From assembly GCA_009774345.1 (NCBI GenBank), contig VSNR01000002.1, forward strand, positions 4,605 to 68,604: a stretch of DNA of 64,000 nucleotides, given 5' to 3'. The notes under the pieces are model-generated. The model did not search any database and was not told the DNA's origin. It saw only the letters and a list, made by a program, of their open reading frames with translations. The position numbers were made by a program, and so were the translations under genes. Below, piece after piece: positions 19,522-29,437 of this stretch; positions within the stretch are counted from its first letter, which is position 1; every line of letters begins with the position of its first letter. The stretch is from Lachnospiraceae bacterium (GTDB lineage Bacteria; Bacillota; Clostridia; Lachnospirales; Lachnospiraceae).

Positions 19522-21306
19522 TCAGTTCCGAATCAGCTGGTACACGTCAAATGCGGTCTCCGAGGAGGTTGTCCGTATCTGGTCTTGGCACACTGGCGTG
19601 ACGGTAATTTTTCGTTTCTGATAATACTGCACAAGCCAGTCAAGGTCTTTGCCCGGCGCCGTCACAAAGTATGCGGTACTGCCAAGCGCACTCTGGACAT
19701 CCCTGTAATGCTGCCGCGCAAGCTTCTGTCTTGCCAGCGGGCTTTTTGCCGCCCAGCCTCCACAGTAGTCAAAATTTTTGTAAGTATTATCCACATCGGT
19801 AAATATTTTTTCAGAATACGGCGCATTCTGATACGACGTTGCGGAGTACACATCCATCACATAATAATTATTTCCATTTTTCCGGCAATAATCCATCATT
19901 GCATTCCAGCGCGCATCCGCTGCCCCGCGGCGGTCATACTCTGCCTGCACAGCCCGCAGGCTGCCCAGAAGGACGACCGCTGTCCCGGTGATGCACAGCA
20001 GCGTGACTAGGATTTTTGCCGCCCTTTTTGCGCTGACTGTCCCCTCACCAAGCCAGAAGCCAAGAAGCGCCACCAGCTCCATCATGAGCAAAGGAACGGT
20101 CACCCTGTCCGGCAGCCGGTCCACCATATACAGATACAGCCATAGGACGCTGCGCACCATGACCAGAAACACGAGCCAGAGCACTGCATTTACCCGCGCT
20201 TTCCCCCGCGCAGGCACCACTCCCGTCAGAATATACAAAAAATACAGGACAATCACCGTCACGCTGGCAAGGGTATGACTGCTCTGCAACTGGTTTTTGT
20301 ACTGCCACAGAGCTTCTTTCAGGCTTTTTTTGCTGATAAAGCCAAAGGTTTTTTTCAGTCCGCTGCCCTGTCCTGCAAGCTGCTCCTGATATGCCACGAT
20401 CGCCTCAAGCCTCCAAGTGTCAATCGACTCATCCAGCGCAAAATTATAGTTTTCCAGCAAGGTATACGACTCTCTTGACAGTCCGATCGACTCATAAAAA
20501 CCGCGGTGCTCCTCATATTTTGGCAGTCCATAAAAATCATACAGTTTCGTCCGCGCGTCAAAAAAACTGCGAAAACTGCTCCACTCACTGCCGCTGTAGG
20601 CGAGCAGGTCCAGCGAGTACACCGCCGCCATGCACAGGACTGCCGCCGCAATCAGCGTCAGATACTTTCTGAAATTCGCCACTGTAAAGAACTTTTTCTC
20701 ACCGCACCACTTTGCCATCCCTGCAAGGAGCAGAAAAGGCAGCAGCATGAAGCAGACCTCTGTCCGTATCATAAAAGACAGTACGACCAGCATCAAGGAC
20801 AGCAGATTTCTCCTGAAAAAAACAGATGGCTTGTCCGTTCCCGGCGCCGTCAGAAACAAAAAGACTGCACCCGCCATACAGATTCCGGCTGTGACACTGT
20901 ACTGTATAATCACAAACTGCCGCAGAAACAGGCCAAATGCCAGTACCGCCTCCGCCAAGAGCGCTGCGAGCTTCGTCCCTGTGCGTCTCATGAGCGACAG
21001 CAGCCTCACCGCGATGAGGAACAAGACGCCAAACTGGCACAGACACAAAAACAAGCCATACCATGGAACGGCTGGAATGGCCTTGTAAAGAAGCGCAATA
21101 CACCACCCTAAAGGATACAGCATCTGGATGCAGAAGCCGTTTGGCGTTCCTGTGTAAGCTCCTGATAAGATATCCTTAATCATGGTGTCATCATTCAGAT
21201 CATAATAAAAATCAAATCGAACGGCTAAAAGCAGCGCAAACAGTACAGTGAAAGCAAACGCACCACACACTTTTGCTGCCTTGTTCCCTGTGCGGTCATC
21301 TGTCAT
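19522..21306 (-). CDS. Polytopic membrane protein, putative GT-C glycosyltransferase
   Basis: Acidic DLNDD motif after the first TM helix, many TM segments, located in the wecE/GNAT/ArnC-like cassette. Confidence 0.6.
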   Translation of the reverse strand: MTDDRTGNKAAKVCGAFAFTVLFALLLAVRFDFYYDLNDDTMIKDILSGAYTGTPNGFCIQMLYPLGWCIALLYKAIPAVPWYGLFLCLCQFGVLFLIAVRLLSLMRRTGTKLAALLAEAVLAFGLFLRQFVIIQYSVTAGICMAGAVFLFLTAPGTDKPSVFFRRNLLSLMLVVLSFMIRTEVCFMLLPFLLLAGMAKWCGEKKFFTVANFRKYLTLIAAAVLCMAAVYSLDLLAYSGSEWSSFRSFFDARTKLYDFYGLPKYEEHRGFYESIGLSRESYTLLENYNFALDESIDTWRLEAIVAYQEQLAGQGSGLKKTFGFISKKSLKEALWQYKNQLQSSHTLASVTVIVLYFLYILTGVVPARGKARVNAVLWLVFLVMVRSVLWLYLYMVDRLPDRVTVPLLMMELVALLGFWLGEGTVSAKRAAKILVTLLCITGTAVVLLGSLRAVQAEYDRRGAADARWNAMMDYCRKNGNNYYVMDVYSATSYQNAPYSEKIFTDVDNTYKNFDYCGGWAAKSPLARQKLARQHYRDVQSALGSTAYFVTAPGKDLDWLVQYYQKRKITVTPVCQDQIRTTSSETAFDVYQLIRN

Positions 21307-22433
21307 ACGTGATAGAACTCCTTCACTTTTCCTACAATATAATCCACCTCTGCCGGCGTGAGCGAATAAAACATCGGCAGGCGCAGCAGCCGTTCGCTCT
21401 CTCTGGTCGTATAGACATCCTCGCCGGAAAATCTGCCAAATTTAAGCCCTGCGGGCGCCGAGTGCAGCGGCACATAATGAAATACAGCCCAGATACCGTT
21501 TCCTTTCAGAAATTCAATCAGACGGGTGCGCTCCTCCAAATCCTTTACCCTAACATAGTACATATGTCCGTTGTGCACACAGCCCTCTGGAACATGCGGA
21601 AGCGCAAGAAGCCCGCTCTCTTGCAGCGGCTGCAACAGTTCATCATACTGACGCCACAGCGCCAGACGCTTTGCCGTGATGGCGTCAATGCATTCGAGCT
21701 GCGCCCACAGATACGCCGCATTCATATCACTTGGCAGGTACGACGAACCGTAGTTCACCCAGCGGTACTTGTCAATCTGCCCGCGGAAAAACTGAGAGCG
21801 GTTTGTTCCCTTCTCACGGATAATCTCGGCATCCTCAATATACTTCGCATCCTGAATCAGCAGCGCACCGCCCTCGCCCATGCTGAGGTTCTTGGTCTCA
21901 TGAAAAGAATAACACCCGAAATCTCCGATGGCACCGAGGTGTTTTCCCTTATAGGTGGCATTGATTCCCTGCGCCGCGTCCTCCACCACAAAGAGATTAT
22001 GCCGCTTTGCAATGTCCATAATCGTGTCCATCTCGCACGCAACCCCTGCATAGTGCACCGGCACGACCGCCCGCGTCCGCTCTGTGACTGCCGCCTCAAT
22101 TAATGTCTCGTCGATGTTCATCGTGTCTGGTCTGATATCAACGAACACCACCTTCGCACCGCGCAGCACAAAAGCGTCCGCCGTTGACACAAAGGTGTAG
22201 GAGGGCATAATGACCTCGTCCCCCTCCCTGATGTCCATGAGCAGCGCCGCAAGCTCTGTCGCCTGCGTGCAGGAGGGGGTCAGCAGGCACTTTGCCGTTC
22301 CAGTGTGCTCCTCTATCCACGCGCTGCACTTCTGTGTGAAGGGTCCGTCACCGCAGATCTTCTGGTTCTCGACAGCCTGCTTTATATATTCCATCTCACG
22401 CCCCGTAAACGGCGGTACGTTAAAATTGATCAT
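21303..22433 (-). CDS. wecE: dTDP-4-amino-4,6-dideoxygalactose transaminase
   Basis: MINFNVPP, GDGPFT, SFHETKN, EKGTNRSQFFRGQIDKY, AVFHYVPLH. Confidence 0.92.
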   Translation of the reverse strand: MINFNVPPFTGREMEYIKQAVENQKICGDGPFTQKCSAWIEEHTGTAKCLLTPSCTQATELAALLMDIREGDEVIMPSYTFVSTADAFVLRGAKVVFVDIRPDTMNIDETLIEAAVTERTRAVVPVHYAGVACEMDTIMDIAKRHNLFVVEDAAQGINATYKGKHLGAIGDFGCYSFHETKNLSMGEGGALLIQDAKYIEDAEIIREKGTNRSQFFRGQIDKYRWVNYGSSYLPSDMNAAYLWAQLECIDAITAKRLALWRQYDELLQPLQESGLLALPHVPEGCVHNGHMYYVRVKDLEERTRLIEFLKGNGIWAVFHYVPLHSAPAGLKFGRFSGEDVYTTRESERLLRLPMFYSLTPAEVDYIVGKVKEFYHV

Positions 22434-22477
22434 CGAAATTACCAAACCTTTCCACTTTTTCCATTATTTCTCGCTTT

Positions 22478-22506
22478 ATTGTACTCTTTTAATATGATTT
22501 TGGCAA
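22478..22506 (-). promoter_or_regulatory. Putative sigma-A promoter for the wecE cassette
   Basis: TTGCCA-17 nt-TACAAT. Confidence 0.65.
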
Positions 22507-22516
22507 GGTTTTGCGA

Positions 22517-25402
22517 TTAATATACATGAGGTTTTGATAAGATCACATATTCCTCATTCTCAAAACACTGCTGGTATCCTTGCGCCTGCGCAAACGACAG
22601 GATGCTGCTCCATTTCTCATACTTCGCCCCTTCTGCCTTTTCCGTCAGGCGCTCTACAGCGGCGCGTCCATATATGATAACAGGTGCTTCCTCCGACAGG
22701 CTCTCCTCCGCAAGGCGCGCAAGCTCCTCCTCGAGCACATAGATGCCGTATGAGTCTAAATCTGCCCACGTCGTCGAAATTGCAGGCTCCATGTCAAACA
22801 GATAAGAAACCGCGGGAATATCTCCGTATAATATCACACGTTTTTTATATAGGCCGTTCTGATATACATACGCGTCAAGCTCCTCGAGCGCAGTCTTCTT
22901 ATCCCTCGTCGCCGCAAGTCCCGTTCCCGCACTGCTGCACTGCAATTCAAGACGCGTGTTATCCTGACCTGCGGTCTGATGTGCCCCCGCGTCGTGGAAC
23001 ACAAAATGAACGCCATATAATACGCTCTGTATCATCGCGCAGGCAAGCACCAGAGCAAACACAATACCAAACGCGTCCGCCTTCCCCCTTGCGCGCCTGC
23101 TCTTTCTGAACGCTTCCGCGGTCATCAGCATGGAGACAGGCAGCACCAGAAACAGATTATTCATAATAGGATAAAGCCCGTTATTGCTCCCGAGCGGCGT
23201 GATAAAAATAATGACCAGCAGAAACACCGCCCAGAGTTTGTACTCCCTGCTGCACTTCTGATCTGCCAGACACCACACACACAGTCCGATTGCGATGAGC
23301 AGATAGACCGTCACCCACTTGTACATACTAAAATTATCGGTGTAATCAAAACCAAACATTCCCCTGCCATAACAGAAGCGCAGCACCACCAAGAAACCAA
23401 ATGAATAAAACATTTCAAGTACAAATGCTATTTTTTTCGACAATGTATGATTTCTTTCAAATTTTTTTGCTATCCAAAACATCAAAAGTCCGCAGACCAT
23501 GTAAAATACAAACAATAACAGCCATCCGCTATACCGCAGGTAATCCCCAAACATTGCCGTAATCATGGAGGCTGGCTTATAGTCTGTTGCATGGTCTGTC
23601 ATCCCAAAGAGCGATGTAACCATGCGCGGATATGCCGCCAGACCATAGCGCGCGCAGATTACGCCAAGCGGAACCAGCAGTCCAGTCAAATAACCGCCGA
23701 TACAGTACAAAGTACGTCTGAGCAGCCGCTGAAACCACGAAAGCGCATCCAGTGTCCTGCCACGGCTCCAGAAGCAGTCGCACCAGACAGGCAGTATCAA
23801 TGCCATATAGGTGACATTGGGCATCCTCACCGCGACACAGCATCCCAAAATCACACCCGCTATGATAAAATAAGATTTTTTATTGCGTATGATCGCCGCA
23901 TATAACACCATCACCGCAATGGTCATCAACAGATAGCCCAGATAGTGATATAAAATAACAGGCGGCGCCCAGCACAGCGAAAGCGCTGTAAACTCTGCGC
24001 CAAACAACAGCACTGCAAACTTTCTGCGCCGCTGTCCATAGCGTTTCCACAGGGCATAATAGACACTTGCAGCCACCACGCCAATCAGGAGGCCGCAGTA
24101 GACATTCATGCCAATCCAGCAGTCTCCAAACGGAAGCTTTGACAACAATACCCCCGCCACATTTGCCAGATAGGTCGCAAGCGTCCACATCTCATTGACA
24201 GTATCCAGAAAGCGGTAATTTCCCAGCGCATACCCCGCATCCATCAAATCCACGCCAACCGCCGCATGACGCAGCGGATACAGCAGCAAAAGAATCATTG
24301 GAACCCATGTCAGCATTCCTCTCTGACGGACCAGCTCCATTGCCGTGCAGACCAGATACACACACAACACAGTCACAAGCATATGCCCTAGAAATCCCGC
24401 CACAGAGTTCTCTGCCTGCACTTCACAGTGCAGCCATCGCTGCCAAAACCCGCGCAGATTCAGATGCTCGTGAATCAGGTAGACGCCAAACGCTGCCCCC
24501 GAAAAGAGTTCAACCGGCTTCCGAAACCGCTCAAGAAACTGCTGGCTGCTGCTCTTTGCGGATTTTGACGGCTGAAAAAGCAAGAACAATCCCACCGCGC
24601 CTGTATAGCAAAACAGAAAATTATAGGTGTATCCATACTGAATGCGCTCTCCAAGCATCCCTGTTTTCAGATAAACCAGCCGAATCAGGAAAAAAGAGGC
24701 AAAAATGGCGGCAGTACTGCCAAGATACAGCGCTGCTGCCCGCCATCTGCGCGCTAAAAACGGCATTTCATACCGCCTGATATACGCGCCGGTCAGATAC
24801 AGCACCACAAACCAGAGACTGTCATAGCCGTATTTATCCCACGGAAGCTGCATCGGTATCACCGTTTTCGCCATGCTGAACAACAGCAAAAAGCCAAGCA
24901 GCAGCCACCGCAGCTCCTTCTGGTCCAGACAGGAAATGCCCGCATTGAGAAACGGCATCATCAGGCACAGAAATATATACGAAGTCGCAAACCAGTAATG
25001 TTCTGTCACAATTGGAAAACAATAAGAAAAAAAGCGATACGGGTCAAACGCCTGCAAACCAAGGACGATCGCCCCGCAGCCAAAGAGCATCGAATAAAAA
25101 AAGACCTGCTTCCATATTTTGAGTGGTTTCCGCATCACCTCCCAGAAGGTCAGACGCTTTCCTACCGTCTGGCTTCCCAGCAAATCCACCCCAAAATAAC
25201 CGCTGATCAGCACATAGACATTGACCGCCACGAGACACAGCGCCTCAACAAACCACGCTGTATATCCCGTGGCGGTCATATCCGCCCTCGCCGGGTCGCC
25301 AAGCAGCCCCCCCTTACTGAGATAATGAAGGCACACAATCATCAACATCGCAAGGATACGGAGCAGCTCATAATTTAACTGTCTTTTTTTCCCAGATCTC
25401 AT
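22517..25402 (-). CDS. Fusion of an N-terminal acyltransferase-3 (O-acetyltransferase) and a C-terminal GT-C-like membrane domain
   Basis: NYELLRILAMLMIVCLH, YVLISGYF, HYWF, FGVYLIHE (AT3); from about residue 364 a second polytopic domain with GVDLMDAGY and GSNNG. Confidence 0.75.
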   Translation of the reverse strand: MRSGKKRQLNYELLRILAMLMIVCLHYLSKGGLLGDPARADMTATGYTAWFVEALCLVAVNVYVLISGYFGVDLLGSQTVGKRLTFWEVMRKPLKIWKQVFFYSMLFGCGAIVLGLQAFDPYRFFSYCFPIVTEHYWFATSYIFLCLMMPFLNAGISCLDQKELRWLLLGFLLLFSMAKTVIPMQLPWDKYGYDSLWFVVLYLTGAYIRRYEMPFLARRWRAAALYLGSTAAIFASFFLIRLVYLKTGMLGERIQYGYTYNFLFCYTGAVGLFLLFQPSKSAKSSSQQFLERFRKPVELFSGAAFGVYLIHEHLNLRGFWQRWLHCEVQAENSVAGFLGHMLVTVLCVYLVCTAMELVRQRGMLTWVPMILLLLYPLRHAAVGVDLMDAGYALGNYRFLDTVNEMWTLATYLANVAGVLLSKLPFGDCWIGMNVYCGLLIGVVAASVYYALWKRYGQRRRKFAVLLFGAEFTALSLCWAPPVILYHYLGYLLMTIAVMVLYAAIIRNKKSYFIIAGVILGCCVAVRMPNVTYMALILPVWCDCFWSRGRTLDALSWFQRLLRRTLYCIGGYLTGLLVPLGVICARYGLAAYPRMVTSLFGMTDHATDYKPASMITAMFGDYLRYSGWLLLFVFYMVCGLLMFWIAKKFERNHTLSKKIAFVLEMFYSFGFLVVLRFCYGRGMFGFDYTDNFSMYKWVTVYLLIAIGLCVWCLADQKCSREYKLWAVFLLVIIFITPLGSNNGLYPIMNNLFLVLPVSMLMTAEAFRKSRRARGKADAFGIVFALVLACAMIQSVLYGVHFVFHDAGAHQTAGQDNTRLELQCSSAGTGLAATRDKKTALEELDAYVYQNGLYKKRVILYGDIPAVSYLFDMEPAISTTWADLDSYGIYVLEEELARLAEESLSEEAPVIIYGRAAVERLTEKAEGAKYEKWSSILSFAQAQGYQQCFENEEYVILSKPHVY

Positions 25403-25414
25403 CGTACTCTCCCT

Positions 25415-26479
25415 TCAGGCGCGTCTGCACAACGCCCTTATCTGCTCTGCGATGCGGTGCGCTCCGCTGCCATCGACAAGCGCCCTCTCCTGCTGGCAGA
25501 GCCTCTCCCTGTAAGCGCTGTCGTCAATGCACCGCCTGACAGCCTCCCCAATCCTGTCTGCCACTGCGCTGCCCTCCTTGGCAAAGCACCCCGCATTGAC
25601 AATCTCTGTGCCCGCTGCCAGCGCCTCGGCGCCCTGCCGTTGATTCTCTGCATAATAAAAGACGATCATCGGCACGCCAAGAGAACTCACCTCATAGATT
25701 GTACTCCCTGCCGCAGATATGACAACATCACTCTCAAGCAGCAGACTGCGCAGATTCTTCACCTGCTCATGAATCGTAATCTGTGCGGCGTGGCCGTACC
25801 TGTCTCTGAGTGCATCCGCATACTGGTTAAAAGGCCCGCTGACCACATGCAGGTGCATCTTCTGCTGCTGCATCATGGTATCGCCAAGCAGGGCATCCGC
25901 GATTGCCCCCGCCGCAAAATAAGGGTCACTCCCGCCTGTCGTGATCAGAATCTGTGTCACCTTGTCACGAACCTGATAGGAAGAAGGCTTTTGAAATGCC
26001 TTCCTAAGCGGCACATATGAGGTGCCAAGCAGCACATTCTTGGGATATTGATCTTGATTCTGCCCAGAAGCTGCGGCCCTGTAGCGCTGCTCAAGCTGCG
26101 GCGCATAAATATTGTAGTTAATCAGCAAATCAACCGGATGGGCTTCTCCCAGATCTTCGAAGCAAGCCACCCGCGCCAGCTTTCCGAGTTTTAAATAATA
26201 CTCGTCACTCGCCTGATAACTGTCCACAAACACGAGATCTGACTTTTTGTCAAGAATGCGCTCAAACTGCGGCAGTTCATCCAGCATCCTCCTGTAATCT
26301 GTGTCCAGCGAAAACACACAAAAGCCCCTGCCCTCGATCATATCACGGCATTTATCGTCCGCCGTGAGAAAAACCAGCGGCGGACAGTCCAGCTCCGCGA
26401 CTGCTTGCGCCACAGCCAGACAACGCATCACATGTCCCATGCCAATTGCTGTATTACCATCTGCACGAATATATATCAT
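25415..26479 (-). CDS. pseG: UDP-2,4-diacetamido-2,4,6-trideoxy-altrose hydrolase
   Basis: IRADG...IGMGHVMRC, VDSY, TTGGSD, AENQ; pse context. Confidence 0.88.
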   Translation of the reverse strand: MIYIRADGNTAIGMGHVMRCLAVAQAVAELDCPPLVFLTADDKCRDMIEGRGFCVFSLDTDYRRMLDELPQFERILDKKSDLVFVDSYQASDEYYLKLGKLARVACFEDLGEAHPVDLLINYNIYAPQLEQRYRAAASGQNQDQYPKNVLLGTSYVPLRKAFQKPSSYQVRDKVTQILITTGGSDPYFAAGAIADALLGDTMMQQQKMHLHVVSGPFNQYADALRDRYGHAAQITIHEQVKNLRSLLLESDVVISAAGSTIYEVSSLGVPMIVFYYAENQRQGAEALAAGTEIVNAGCFAKEGSAVADRIGEAVRRCIDDSAYRERLCQQERALVDGSGAHRIAEQIRALCRRA

Positions 26480-26482
26480 CTG

Positions 26483-27184
26483 TTATTCTCCTGCTCTTTT
26501 GATCGTCTTGCGTATCAGCATAAATGCCTCTGCCCGCTCCATGCCTGCCGTCATGCCGCGCGTCCTCGACAGAACATCCATTCCTGTCATACTGCGCGGA
26601 TGCGGAAAGCTGCAAAGCTCTGAGACATAATGCTCCATTGCCTGTTCCTTCTTATTATAATAGTCTGTGATATCCACAAACACATTGGGACAAAACGCGG
26701 GCTGCGCGCTGTAGTCCAGATTCCACTCTGTGGAGGAAAGTGTCTCAAACGCATAGATTTCCTCCACGCAGTACGCCCCAACCGGCCGTGCCGCCGTGAG
26801 CACCGCCCGCGCAGTACACTGGTGATCGACATTGAGGTCTCCACTGTAATGCGTGTAAATAATCTGCGGCTTGAGCTTGCAAATCATCTGCTCGATCGTC
26901 TTCACAATATCGAGCAAATCCACACTGTCAAAACGGTTGTCTGGAAAATAAGCAAAAAATACCTCCCGAAACCCAATTGCCGCTGCGCTCTCTAGCGTAT
27001 TCTTGTGCAGCTCCTCCACCAAGCCTTGGTCTGCGTCCTCCCTGTGATCGCTGCGGGACGTCTGTCCCTCTCCTAAAATAACGGCATAAACCTCATCGCC
27101 CTCCGCGACATGCCTTGCCACCGTCCCGCCCACACCGAGAATCTCGTCGTCGGGATGTGCTGCCACTATCAACACTGTTTTCAT
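26483..27184 (-). CDS. PIG-L family N-deacetylase
   Basis: AAHPDDE, DLNVDH, HPRS, AEAF; start MKTVLIV. Confidence 0.9.
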   Translation of the reverse strand: MKTVLIVAAHPDDEILGVGGTVARHVAEGDEVYAVILGEGQTSRSDHREDADQGLVEELHKNTLESAAAIGFREVFFAYFPDNRFDSVDLLDIVKTIEQMICKLKPQIIYTHYSGDLNVDHQCTARAVLTAARPVGAYCVEEIYAFETLSSTEWNLDYSAQPAFCPNVFVDITDYYNKKEQAMEHYVSELCSFPHPRSMTGMDVLSRTRGMTAGMERAEAFMLIRKTIKRAGE

Positions 27185-27201
27185 CCGTTCACACGCTCCT
27201 T

Positions 27202-27894
27202 TTATTCGCTCCTGCGGCGAAAGACTACACGCGCTGAGAGCTCCTCCCCTGACAGACACGCCTTGTCAAACTCCATCCGGTATGCACCAAACTCCATAAA
27301 TGCCCTTGGATACCCTTCCCCGTCGAGCATTCGGATTCTGTCATAGATCTGTCCTAGTTCCATATCATCTGTTATTATTCCTTCCTCTGGCTTTCTGCGG
27401 CGGAATAACACAGGTTCTCCCTCCTGCGGCACTGGAACCAGCTTTTTGCCCTCCTCCAAAAAAACAGGTATCATTTCCTGAAAAATAATATCCGAACAGC
27501 GCATCAGGATTTCCTGTGCACTTCCCTCAAGAGATAACGCATGTTTCATATAAATCGGGCCGCCGTCCACCTGCTCCGTCATGCGAAGCGCTGATATCAT
27601 CGTCTCCCGGTGTCCCCGCACGATCAGATTCTGCAAGGGACTTCCCCCGCGCCCATATGGCAAATCTGTCATGTGGAACACCACACACTCCCAGTTCTCA
27701 AAGATTTCCCGCGGCATAATGTACGACCAATGCGGCAGTAAAATATAATCCGGTTTAAAATTACGAACGTTATCCGCTGTAAATTCTTCTTTTTGGGTAT
27801 AAACCACCATCTCATGTATGCCTTGGTACTGCTTCTGCAATGCCTGTGCATGACGAATATTCCATGATTTGATCGTTGCTATGATGATTCTCAT
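27202..27894 (-). CDS. Sugar N-formyltransferase (Fmt-like)
   Basis: PHWSY, VFHMTDLPYGRGGSPLQNLI, VDGG, RMLDGEGYP. Confidence 0.88.
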   Translation of the reverse strand: MRIIIATIKSWNIRHAQALQKQYQGIHEMVVYTQKEEFTADNVRNFKPDYILLPHWSYIMPREIFENWECVVFHMTDLPYGRGGSPLQNLIVRGHRETMISALRMTEQVDGGPIYMKHALSLEGSAQEILMRCSDIIFQEMIPVFLEEGKKLVPVPQEGEPVLFRRRKPEEGIITDDMELGQIYDRIRMLDGEGYPRAFMEFGAYRMEFDKACLSGEELSARVVFRRRSE

Positions 27895-28358
27895 CTGCTT
27901 CTTTCCTTTTCATATTGTATATACTCGGGCAGCTTTGTTTTATGAAAGCCAGACTTCTCAAACACCCGCGCCGATGCCTGATTTTGATATTTCACTTGTC
28001 CAATTAATTTGGTAACATTTGATATTTTGTCTGTATCCAGCTTCTGGCAGAGCAGGCACAGCAGGGATGTGCCATATCCTTTTCCGCGGTACAAGGACGC
28101 GATACTATAATCAATCAGCGCCTCTCCATCGTTACCGGCCGTCAGCCGTATCTGTCCTACTGCAAGATCGCCGTCATACAGAATGTACTGACAAACGGAC
28201 GCATCCGCCATCATTTTCTGAAACCACTGCACATGATGCTCATACGGGATTTTCTCTGTATGAAACGCATTGGCCCGCACGGTATCATCATTTGCCCAGC
28301 GATACAGCAAATCCATATCCTGCGGTTTCGCCCGCCTCAGCTGTAATCTCCTATCCAT
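27891..28358 (-). CDS. pseH: GNAT N-acetyltransferase, PseH-like (start could be the GTG at 28385)
   Basis: WANDDTVRANAF, GQIRL, RGKGYG, NQASARVFEKSGF; directly downstream of pseI. Confidence 0.72.
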   Translation of the reverse strand: MDRRLQLRRAKPQDMDLLYRWANDDTVRANAFHTEKIPYEHHVQWFQKMMADASVCQYILYDGDLAVGQIRLTAGNDGEALIDYSIASLYRGKGYGTSLLCLLCQKLDTDKISNVTKLIGQVKYQNQASARVFEKSGFHKTKLPEYIQYEKERSR

Positions 28359-28381
28359 CTCTATGCCTCTCAATGCTGCGG

Positions 28382-29419
28382 TCACGCCAGATCTTCAAAT
28401 GACAGCGGCGTCCCCCGCTTGAGCGCCCGCTTTGCCGTTCTGCCAAGGACTTCCTGATAGTGTTTGGGCTTCAAGCCATAAGCAGGGCGGATGCTGCGGA
28501 TATTCTCCGGTGTCAGCATTTCTCCCGCAGCGATATCCTGCACGACAAACAGCGAGCGCCGAAAACATGCATTGCTTTCCTCCTGACTGGTGATACCGTA
28601 ACACACTGTCCCCATCGCCTGTTCCACTTCGCGCACCTGCTCGACCATCTGCCGGAATTCCTGCGGCTCCATCGAAAAAACCGCATCCGGGTTCTTGACT
28701 GCGCGGCTGATGCAGAAATGCTTCTCAATGAGATTTGCCCCCATTGCGACTGCTGTCGCAGCACTGAATGCGCCCATCGAATGATCTGAGAGCCCCACCG
28801 GAACACCAAAGCGTTCTTTTAAATCCTGTATCGTTCTCAGATTCATTTCTTCTGGCTTTGCGGGATATGCACTCGAGCACTTCATCAGCGCAAGCTGCCT
28901 GTTTCCAGTGCTGTAGATGGCATCGACCGCTTCCTGTATCTCCTCGAGTGTTCCCATTCCAGTTGACATGACGATCGGTTTGTTCTTGGCCGCCACACAT
29001 TCGAGCAAGGGGATATCCACCAGCTCAAAAGAGGCGATTTTGTAAAAATGCACGCCCAGCTCCTCAAGAAACGCCACAGAGAGCGGGTCAAACGGCGTCG
29101 AAAGAAAGTCAATTCCCACCTTTGCCGCCTCATCGCGAAGCTGTTCCTGCCACTCCCACGGCGTATAAGCCTTCTGGTACAGCCCATACAGGTTTTCGCC
29201 CTCCCATGTTCCTTTTTCAATCTGAAAATATTCATTATGGCAGTCAATTGTCATCGTGTCCGCTGTGTAGGTCTGAATCTTCACGCAGTCTGCACCTGCG
29301 TCCTTCGCCGCATGAATCAACTCTAGTGCGCGTTCCATGCTCCCTGCGTGATTGGCGGACATCTCTGCGATAATATAGGCAGGATGTCCATCTCCTATGA
29401 TTCGTCCATTGATTTCCAT
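28382..29419 (-). CDS. pseI: Pseudaminic acid synthase
   Basis: AEMSANH, KIQTYTADT, YKIASFE, GLSDHS, EKHF and a C-terminal SAF domain. Confidence 0.93.
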   Translation of the reverse strand: MEINGRIIGDGHPAYIIAEMSANHAGSMERALELIHAAKDAGADCVKIQTYTADTMTIDCHNEYFQIEKGTWEGENLYGLYQKAYTPWEWQEQLRDEAAKVGIDFLSTPFDPLSVAFLEELGVHFYKIASFELVDIPLLECVAAKNKPIVMSTGMGTLEEIQEAVDAIYSTGNRQLALMKCSSAYPAKPEEMNLRTIQDLKERFGVPVGLSDHSMGAFSAATAVAMGANLIEKHFCISRAVKNPDAVFSMEPQEFRQMVEQVREVEQAMGTVCYGITSQEESNACFRRSLFVVQDIAAGEMLTPENIRSIRPAYGLKPKHYQEVLGRTAKRALKRGTPLSFEDLA

Positions 29420-29437
29420 ACGCCAGCCCCTCCTTTT

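Noticed and set aside
27202..27894. Housekeeping methionyl-tRNA formyltransferase (fmt)
   Set aside because: Too short, lacks def/sun context and is embedded in the pse operon.
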